From Ignavibacteria bacterium UBA6906 (GTDB lineage Bacteria > Bacteroidota > Ignavibacteria > UBA10030 > UBA6906): a stretch of DNA of 58,458 nucleotides. The stretch is taken from NCBI GenBank assembly GCA_002451155.1, contig DKBG01000127.1, forward strand, positions 14,924 to 73,381, read 5' to 3'. The notes under the pieces are model-generated. The model had not been told where the DNA came from, did not search any database, and worked only from the letters and a program-made list of their open reading frames with translations. Both the position numbers and the translations under genes were made by a program. Of the stretch, positions 52,499 to 58,458 are shown one piece after another (the stretch's first letter is position 1; the number at the start of each line of letters is the position of its first letter).

Positions 52499-53386
52499 TT
52501 AACCGTGCAACGCTGTGAAGAGCATTCGAACGTTGTAGCTGATCATCGAAATATAGTCTTTCGCCTCGGGAACACCGCCGACCGACACCGGCAGCCGGAC
52601 CACCGTGGCGCCGGTAGACCTCGCGATCTGGTCTGCCGCACCTGTGTCATAGTATGGTTCCACGATGATCACTTTGATGCCGGTTCGCCGCACGAGAGAG
52701 ATAAGATCGGCGGTATGACTCGGACTTGGAGGAATACCGGGCTTGGGTTCGATCTGGTCCGCCACCACGATTCCCGTCCACGCTGCAAAGTAACTCCAGC
52801 TTCTGTGAAACGTAAGGATCTTCTGTCCTGCCATAGGATGTATCTGCTCCTCCCATTCCTGGATCTTCTGGTCAAGCAGTCGTTCATAGGCCGCTGCATT
52901 TGCCCGGAAGAATTCTTCGTCGGAGGGTGAGATCCGGGCAAGGGCAACGACGATCTCCTCCAGCATCGTGCGTATGTTCCTCGGATCCAGCCAGTAGTGC
53001 GGATTTCCATACCGGTGCACGTCGCCCTCACGGGCGTCCACTGTTCCCACAGGAACCTCAAGCTTCTTGATTTCACGCGAGAGGTCAACAACCAGCAAAG
53101 AGGTGTTGCGCGAGCCGTCTATGAGTTGCTGGGACCAGAGCTCAAGGTCCATTCCCACTATGAAGAACACATCAGCAGACTTCAGTTTCATCATATAGCT
53201 CGGCTTGACTTCGACGTAGTGCGGATTCTGATCACCCCGGACAATATACTCCACATCCACCCGATCCTTGCCTACCTGCCGCACAAGATCTGCCAGGTCG
53301 GGGATGGAGGTCACAACTCTGGTGGACGCAGACAGTGGCGTTGTCACCGCCAGGAGAAGAACCAGGATCCCTGGAAGACGCTTCAT
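52499..53386 (-). CDS. Metal ABC transporter substrate-binding protein (cluster A-I, ZnuA/TroA-like)
   Basis: 295 aa. Signal peptide, then NPHYVEVKPS, GNPHYWLDP and TFHRSWSYF, which hold the His/Asp metal ligand positions. No long His-rich loop, so Zn versus Mn is not assignable. Confidence 0.88.
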   Translation of the reverse strand: MKRLPGILVLLLAVTTPLSASTRVVTSIPDLADLVRQVGKDRVDVEYIVRGDQNPHYVEVKPSYMMKLKSADVFFIVGMDLELWSQQLIDGSRNTSLLVVDLSREIKKLEVPVGTVDAREGDVHRYGNPHYWLDPRNIRTMLEEIVVALARISPSDEEFFRANAAAYERLLDQKIQEWEEQIHPMAGQKILTFHRSWSYFAAWTGIVVADQIEPKPGIPPSPSHTADLISLVRRTGIKVIIVEPYYDTGAADQIARSTGATVVRLPVSVGGVPEAKDYISMISYNVRMLFTALHG

Positions 53387-53415
53387 ACGAGTAGCTCCGC
53401 TATGGTCATAGTCAG

Positions 53416-54549
53416 TTAGAACGGATGGGCCTTATGCGGCCCGAGCGAAAAGAGGAACTGCAACCCGATGCTGTTTACCGACCGGGACTGGGTCGGGGTA
53501 CTCGTCTGCGTGTACTGATACTGGAGGCGCACACAGATCGTCTCTTCCACCGGATAGAATCCGAAGAACGCTGAGAGCGCCCACGCCCGGTTTTCCACGC
53601 TATATGGATCCTCTGACCAGTCGTACCGGGACCCAATACTGAATATCTTCACGAACTGGTAATCCGCATACACATACAGCCCCGACGTTGTAAGGTCCTG
53701 TGGATCCGGTCTCCCCGACGCATCCAGAAACGGGCTCAGATCCCGGTCTTGCATCGCCTGTCTCACATTGAGCAGCGCTTCACCCTGCAGCACCAGGGAT
53801 GTATAGGCGCTTGGCCGGTATTTGTACTTGAAATCGATATTCCAGTACCAGAACCGGTCACGGTGATACGGATCGTGGATGCCCGTATACCAGCTGAGGC
53901 CTGTTTCAAGATCGCTGAAGTCTCCAAGAGAGAAGAAGCTGGAGAGTCGACCGGACACCGCGTACAGGGGCTTCGCACCGGACGTATCCTCGATGCCTGC
54001 GGCCTCGACAACACTACGACCGCGGAGGAGGTCCGCCGTGAATCTGGTATACACATCACCCGTCGGAAGAAGTAGGCTGGCAGATATTCCTAGATCGTTC
54101 AGACCTTCCGTTCCGATGAATCGTTCCTGCACAAGAGGCTGCGTCACGAACGGCTGTGCGTGAGGGTGGACCATATTCAATTTCCCAAACTCAACCCGAT
54201 ATTTCCCTGCACGGAGATTCAGGTCAAGTGGAAGTCCACGCAGGACGGTCACAAAGGCCTCTTCCAGTCCGAGGCTCGCTGCTTCAATGTCGGGACCCTT
54301 GAGTGACAGGAATACGTCCGCCCGCGCATAGGGATTGAGGTAGGCCTGAACGCCGAATTCCAGTTCCTGGAGCTGGAAATCAGGCTGGCTGAATTCTCGT
54401 TTTCCTTCGGCGAGTCTTCCCCCATCATCCGTTACAATCAAGAACCGGGGAATGACGCTGATATCCGGGTTGAGAGTAGTTTGTGCTGCGGTGGTTGCCC
54501 CAGCCAGGACAAGAATCCAGAGGCACGCACTGCTCGGTACATGCCGCAT
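53416..54549 (-). CDS. Outer-membrane beta-barrel protein (porin-like), first gene of the metal ABC operon
   Basis: 377 aa. Signal peptide, alternating beta-strand pattern, aromatic-rich, and a C-terminal ...GPHKAHPF ending in Phe. AAGGAG lies 6 nt upstream of the ATG. 29-nt gap to the SBP gene. Confidence 0.65.
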   Translation of the reverse strand: MRHVPSSACLWILVLAGATTAAQTTLNPDISVIPRFLIVTDDGGRLAEGKREFSQPDFQLQELEFGVQAYLNPYARADVFLSLKGPDIEAASLGLEEAFVTVLRGLPLDLNLRAGKYRVEFGKLNMVHPHAQPFVTQPLVQERFIGTEGLNDLGISASLLLPTGDVYTRFTADLLRGRSVVEAAGIEDTSGAKPLYAVSGRLSSFFSLGDFSDLETGLSWYTGIHDPYHRDRFWYWNIDFKYKYRPSAYTSLVLQGEALLNVRQAMQDRDLSPFLDASGRPDPQDLTTSGLYVYADYQFVKIFSIGSRYDWSEDPYSVENRAWALSAFFGFYPVEETICVRLQYQYTQTSTPTQSRSVNSIGLQFLFSLGPHKAHPF

Positions 54550-54937
54550 ATTGGCTCCTTACCAGATCGAGGTTACCGAGACGGATTCAGCACGGATCAC
54601 TGCATCGCCGACTCGGGGGAGCGGAGCCCGCCGGAGGCGGAGCGACGGTGGCAGAAAGGACAGCAGAGACAGAGGCAGGAGACCTGATGTTCTGCCACGG
54701 GCGGTTTCCGACCCTGCATCCCCGGCCCGGCAGGCGCGGGACGACTCCGTTCGAGAGGGCTCGCAACTGAGGGCGAAGCGGTTCGTTCGACGTTTCATCG
54801 ACGACACAGATCGGCACACACAGCCGATACCCTGACAGAGAAGCCGGTTTATGATGACCAGGCTTCCCCCTCTCCATGGCCGCAGAGAGGCTTGGGTTCC
54901 ATTCTCAGATGTCTCTTCTCCCCCTGTATGCTCCGAT

Positions 54938-56095
54938 TCATGCGTGGCACACCTTTCCGAGAACGACCCGTTTTGTCGCCCCCGTCACCGTCGGCAGATT
55001 GGATGAATTCCCAGCCATGGTTTCATTGGCAAGAACAGCGAAACAGACTGCTTCCTTCGCATCCGAGGAGATCCCGAACTCATCGATTTCACTGATCCGC
55101 ACGCCAGGAAAATACCGGCGCAGCTCATCAATGAAGAATCGGTTCTTCGCCCCTCCACCACTGATAATGATCTCCTCCGGGCGCATGCGGTGGCGGACGA
55201 ACCGGCGATACCCATCATACACCGCGAAGGCTGTAAACTGGGAAGCAGTCGCGACGATATCCTCACGGTCATACCCCTTCGCCGAGTGAAGCAGATCTCT
55301 GACGAACTCTTCGCCGAATTCTTCCCTTCCCGTTGATTTCGGCGGCTGACGCCGCAGGTACGGATGTCGCGACATGCGGCCGAACAGCTCGAGTGAGACA
55401 ATGCCCCGTGCAGCTGTCCGACCGCCTGAATCGAATTCTCTGCCGTAGAATTCATGCATCAGAGAGTCGACGACCATGTTTCCCGGCCCCGTGTCAAATG
55501 CAATAACATCATCCCGACCGCAGTTCTTCGGGAGGACGGTTATGTTCGTGATGCCGCCAATGTTCAGGAGAAGCCTGTTGACGTTTGTTGAACGAAACAT
55601 GAGCCAGTCAAAATAGGGCACAAGAGGAGCGCCCTGGCCGCCAACAGCCATATCCGCAACGCGAAAGTCTCCGATGGTGGTAACGCCCGTAAGGGCTGCC
55701 AGAGCGGAGGGATCGCCGATCTGGAGTGTCGCTCGAATCCGTCTGCCAAAAAGGGAGTGTGGGCGGGGGAGATGGTGGATCGTCTGGCCGTGTGATCCGA
55801 TCAACGCAATTCTGGAAAGGGGAACGCGCGCACGACGGGCGAGTCGTTTGACGGCCTCGGCGTAGAGTGCGGCGAGCAGCATGTTAAGGCGTGCAATTTC
55901 GTCTACCCGGCTTGTCTCGGGAACCGAGTTCTTCAGGATCAGCCGTTTTAGGCCGCGGGGGAAGGGATATGCCGCATATGCGAGCTGCTGGACCCTGGTC
56001 CGGAGCCCGCTTCCCCGCACACGCACCAGGGCTGCATCGATGCTGTCCAGGGAGGTCCCTGACATCAATCCCACTACCAGCTGTCCACGGGTCAT
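54938..56095 (-). CDS. anmK: Anhydro-N-acetylmuramic acid kinase
   Basis: The start is set at ATG 56093-56095 (MTRGQLVVGLMSGTSLDSIDAALV). NIGGITNIT and DTGPGNMVVD motifs. The upstream 77 codons of the track ORF have no family-like sequence. Confidence 0.9.
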   Translation of the reverse strand: MTRGQLVVGLMSGTSLDSIDAALVRVRGSGLRTRVQQLAYAAYPFPRGLKRLILKNSVPETSRVDEIARLNMLLAALYAEAVKRLARRARVPLSRIALIGSHGQTIHHLPRPHSLFGRRIRATLQIGDPSALAALTGVTTIGDFRVADMAVGGQGAPLVPYFDWLMFRSTNVNRLLLNIGGITNITVLPKNCGRDDVIAFDTGPGNMVVDSLMHEFYGREFDSGGRTAARGIVSLELFGRMSRHPYLRRQPPKSTGREEFGEEFVRDLLHSAKGYDREDIVATASQFTAFAVYDGYRRFVRHRMRPEEIIISGGGAKNRFFIDELRRYFPGVRISEIDEFGISSDAKEAVCFAVLANETMAGNSSNLPTVTGATKRVVLGKVCHA

Positions 56096-56131
56096 AGGGT
56101 ATGTCCCGCAAGGCTGTTGCATCGCAGCCCA

Positions 56132-56160
56132 TTGTCTGCGATAGCCCGCTTTTGTATCTT
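56132..56160 (+). promoter_or_regulatory. Candidate sigma70 promoter of nfo (possibly leaderless transcript)
   Basis: TTGTCT-N17-TATCTT, with the -10 box ending 7 nt before ATG 56168. Confidence 0.35.
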
Positions 56161-56167
56161 GATCGGC

Positions 56168-57025
56168 ATGAAACGCAGAGCACTTCTCGGAACGCATGTT
56201 TCCGTCAGCGGCGGTTTGTCCCTGGCATGCGAACGGGCGGCCCAGATAGGCTGCACCACCATGCAGATCTTCACCAGAAACAGGAGCCGATGGGAAGAAA
56301 GACCGATTGCCGACGAGGACATTCAAAGCTACAAAACCGCTAAAGGGAAATCAAGCATTGGACCGGTCTTTTCCCATGCATCGTACCTGATCAACCTTTG
56401 CGCAGCCGATCATACGACGCTCAAAAGATCCATTCGAGCCTTTTCTGATGAGTTGCGTCGGGCCGACCTGCTGAGTCTTCGGGGCGTGATCGTTCATCCC
56501 GGCTCTCACGTTGGCCGCGGGGAAGATGCGGGAATCAGGCGCGTAGCTGACTCACTGAATGCGGCTCACTCGGCAACGCCCGGTGTTCGGGCGCTGACGA
56601 TACTTGAATCCACCGCAGGCCAGGGAACCTCCATTGGTTACCGATTCGAGCATCTTCGAGCCGTTCTAGACCGCGTCGACCAGCCAGCCCGGGTGGCGTT
56701 CTGTCTTGACACCTGCCATCTATTCGCCGCCGGTTACCCTGTCCATACCACAGACGGGTGGACATCAACCATGGCTGCTCTTGAGACGGTGATCGGTTTC
56801 TCCAGGATCGTGGTAGTCCATGTCAATGACTCTGCCTCTCCATTTGGGTCTCGCCGCGACCGTCACGAACAGATTGGCGACGGGTATATCGGGCTCGAGG
56901 GATTCCGGAGGCTGATGACAGACCCGCGATTCACGGCGATTCCAAAGATACTTGAAACAGACAAGAGTGAAGATATGCACGAGGATATTGAAAACATGTC
57001 ACGCCTTCTCTCACTGATTCCCTGA
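56168..57025 (+). CDS. nfo: Deoxyribonuclease IV (endonuclease IV)
   Basis: The start is set at ATG 56168 (MKRRALLGTHVSVSGGL). Motifs IVHPGSH, ILESTAGQGTSIG, CLDTCHLFAAGY, HVNDS. Confidence 0.9.
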   Translation: MKRRALLGTHVSVSGGLSLACERAAQIGCTTMQIFTRNRSRWEERPIADEDIQSYKTAKGKSSIGPVFSHASYLINLCAADHTTLKRSIRAFSDELRRADLLSLRGVIVHPGSHVGRGEDAGIRRVADSLNAAHSATPGVRALTILESTAGQGTSIGYRFEHLRAVLDRVDQPARVAFCLDTCHLFAAGYPVHTTDGWTSTMAALETVIGFSRIVVVHVNDSASPFGSRRDRHEQIGDGYIGLEGFRRLMTDPRFTAIPKILETDKSEDMHEDIENMSRLLSLIP

Positions 57026-57208
57026 CTGTCGATTCATGAGAGCATCGCGTTGGATAAGCGAATGCCGGCCGGCTGAAGCCCCTGCACGGCGTCCCCGCAT
57101 CCAGGCCGGACCCCTGTCCCGCGTCCTTGCTCTCTTCTCTGCCAGACGCACAGGTTCCTCATCTGCCGGCACGTATCCGCCGGGTCACCATCATGGAATG
57201 AGCGTTCT

Positions 57209-58458
57209 ATGCATACGATTCGATATTGTCTGATCGCTTTCTGCCTCACCACAACTGCAACCGCCCAAGCGGTGTTTCCTGTCCGCGACGAGGGAGAGGC
57301 CCCGAGCAAGGCATACGACGTCCAGCATTACAGGATTGAAGTTTCTTTTGACGAAGCGAACCGCGAGGTCTCCGGCAGGGTCGCAATCACCTTTGTTCCA
57401 TACGGTCCGGATCTGACGTTGCTCACATTGGATGCGGAAGAGATGCAGATCCGACGGGTGCTGTTCGGGGGAAAGGATCTTCCGTTTACACTGACGGCAA
57501 AGCAACTTCTCGTCCCACTCGGCAAATCGTACTCATTCACTGATACGCTTACCGTCACCGTCGAGTATACCTGCAGGCCGAACCGGGGACTCTACTTTGT
57601 ACAGCCGGACTCGGGGTACCCGGCTACGCCTTGGCAGATCTGGACACAGGGGGAGGATATGGATAGTCACTTCTGGTTTCCCTGTTATGATTTTCCGAAC
57701 GACAAAGCGACAACTGAGGTTCTTGCGACAGTGCGAAGACCGTACGTAGCGCTTTCAAATGGATTGCTCGAGAGCGTGACCGACGATGAGAATGCCGGAA
57801 CACGGACGTTTCACTGGAGACAGAACACACCACACGTGAGCTATCTCGTCATGCTCGCCGCCGGGGACTACGTCGTTCTCAGAGACAGCGTGGGTCGGCT
57901 GCCACTTGAGTACTACGTGTATCCCGGTACCGTTGCAGATGCAAAGGTCTGTTTTGCACAGACTCCCGACATGATACGATTCTTCAACACCAGAATCGGC
58001 TTTGCCTATCCATGGGACAAATACGCACAGGTGCTCATACGGGATTTCGTCGTCGGCGGAATGGAGAACACCTCCGCCACTGCATTGCTTGACAATATTA
58101 CCATCTTTGACTCCCGGGCACGCCTCGACCAGTCCCCGGTGAGCCTTATTGCACATGAGCTCGCCCACCAGTGGTGGGGCGACGTCGTCACCTGCAAAGA
58201 CTGGAGGCACCTCTGGCTCAACGAGGGCTTCGCCACTTATTTCGACCCTCTCTACCATGAACACCTGCTGGGCCGGGAGGAGTTTGACTACCAGATGTTC
58301 GAGCGGCAGCAGCGGGGCATTGAGACAGACAGGCGGCTTGGCAGAAAGCCGATTGTCAGCGTTGGGTCGTTCGGCGACAACGTGTATTCGCGAGGGGCTG
58401 CAGTCCTTCACATGCTCCGCTTTTGCCTGGGTGATCTCCAGTTCTGGCGCACCCTGAA
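57209..58458 (+). CDS. M1-family aminopeptidase (aminopeptidase N-like), N-terminal 416 codons; continues past the window end
   Basis: An open frame from ATG 57209 to the window edge. It is absent from the track because it has no stop codon. Signal peptide MHTIRYCLIAFCLTTTATAQA, exopeptidase motif GGMEN, zinc site HELAHQWWGD...WLNEGFA. Confidence 0.9.
   Translation, partial: MHTIRYCLIAFCLTTTATAQAVFPVRDEGEAPSKAYDVQHYRIEVSFDEANREVSGRVAITFVPYGPDLTLLTLDAEEMQIRRVLFGGKDLPFTLTAKQLLVPLGKSYSFTDTLTVTVEYTCRPNRGLYFVQPDSGYPATPWQIWTQGEDMDSHFWFPCYDFPNDKATTEVLATVRRPYVALSNGLLESVTDDENAGTRTFHWRQNTPHVSYLVMLAAGDYVVLRDSVGRLPLEYYVYPGTVADAKVCFAQTPDMIRFFNTRIGFAYPWDKYAQVLIRDFVVGGMENTSATALLDNITIFDSRARLDQSPVSLIAHELAHQWWGDVVTCKDWRHLWLNEGFATYFDPLYHEHLLGREEFDYQMFERQQRGIETDRRLGRKPIVSVGSFGDNVYSRGAAVLHMLRFCLGDLQFWRTL

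Noticed and set aside
54587-54877. A 96-codon minus-strand ORF (MERGKPGHHK...CSDPC) in the znu-operon leader, considered as a possible small metal-binding protein.
   Set aside because: It is not called as a gene. It has no RBS, an R/P/S/A-rich composition, and no recognisable fold or family. It is kept only as a possibility inside the leader finding.
54904-54926. The minus-strand words GGGGAGAAGAGACAUCUG are reminiscent of the GGGGAGUAG / GACAU conserved words of the yybP-ykoY Mn riboswitch.
   Set aside because: This is only a partial word match, and I cannot build the four-way junction by eye. Mn riboswitches typically control exporters, not an ABC importer. It needs cmscan before any claim.
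54938-56326. N-terminally extended versions of several genes as given in the ORF track: anmK to 56326, nfo from 56117, merR to 9171, miaB to 49585, arsR to 16457, GT2 from 22975, and GT4 from 23922 and 34770.
   Set aside because: The extensions lack family-like sequence. They often start at TTG or GTG, overlap upstream genes, or contain the promoter matches. Internal ATG/GTG codons align with the typical family N-termini and often form 4-nt stop/start overlaps.
1-58458. A window-wide look for CRISPR repeats, IS elements or transposases, integrases, prophage genes, toxin-antitoxin pairs and known defence modules (RM, CBASS, retron, Gabija and similar).
   Set aside because: I found no repeat-spacer periodicity, no DDE, tyrosine or serine recombinase motifs, and no reverse transcriptase. 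The only nuclease or NTPase candidate is the housekeeping-type bifunctional nuclease. The tRNA at the window edge has no adjacent integrase inside the window.

Overview
This is a 58.5-kb GC-rich, densely coding bacterial chromosomal segment. I call about 60 protein genes and one truncated tRNA. I recognised no rRNA, CRISPR array, transposase, integrase, phage gene or known defence system. All calls were made by eye from the sequence and the ORF track, with no database search.

Lineage: the gene content points to a diderm of the FCB group (Bacteroidota / Ignavibacteriota / Rhodothermota-like). The clues are a fused ccoNO, the ccoS-ccoNO-ccoQ-ccoP-ccoG-fixH-TauE order, a miaB-SPOR-sigma54 activator-lptE block, and a MerR with an RYWESEF motif. 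The promoters I can find are canonical TTGACA-N17-TATAAT types. The lineage cannot be fixed by eye.

Layout:
- 1-47: tRNA-Pro(GGG), 5' part only.
- 246-8561 (+): complete cbb3 oxidase and maturation cluster. It includes a 59-aa ccoS that is missing from the supplied ORF track.
- 16391-8665 (-): a chain of 11 tightly or translationally coupled genes. Order: arsR/smtB, Zn/Cd P1B ATPase, four unknown small proteins, HAD hydrolase, acpS, orphan histidine kinase, lipoprotein, MerR.
- 18429-16579 (-): rsmA and a PAP2_C/SMS-like membrane phosphotransferase.
- 18555-38638 (+): a 20-kb glycosylation island.
- 38760-43562: ybbR-like, pdxJ, bifunctional nuclease, etfBA, rpsT.
- 49531-43576 (-): miaB, SPOR/TPR, domain-less sigma54 activator, lptE, membrane processive GT2, TPR.
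- 49764-58458: pta, OMP-znuABC-like operon, anmK, nfo, and an M1 aminopeptidase that runs off the window end.

Most interesting candidates:
1. The glycosylation island. It appears to be built from two parallel sets of YfhO-type GT-C, GtrB/CsbB-like GT2, GT9, GT4 and GT2 genes. It also has two MOP flippases and three methyltransferases, but no Wzy, Wzz, ligase or initiating transferase.
2. The four-gene unknown cassette that is stop/start-overlapped with the Zn/Cd pump.
3. A GT9 carrying two four-cysteine clusters.
4. A sensor-less sigma54 activator embedded in an envelope operon, with a weak sigma54-like motif in front of the membrane GT2.
5. A 388-bp unassigned leader in front of the OMP-metal ABC operon.

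Start codons are often uncertain because the ORF track opens at the first ATG/GTG/TTG. Where I trimmed an ORF, the reason is given with that feature.
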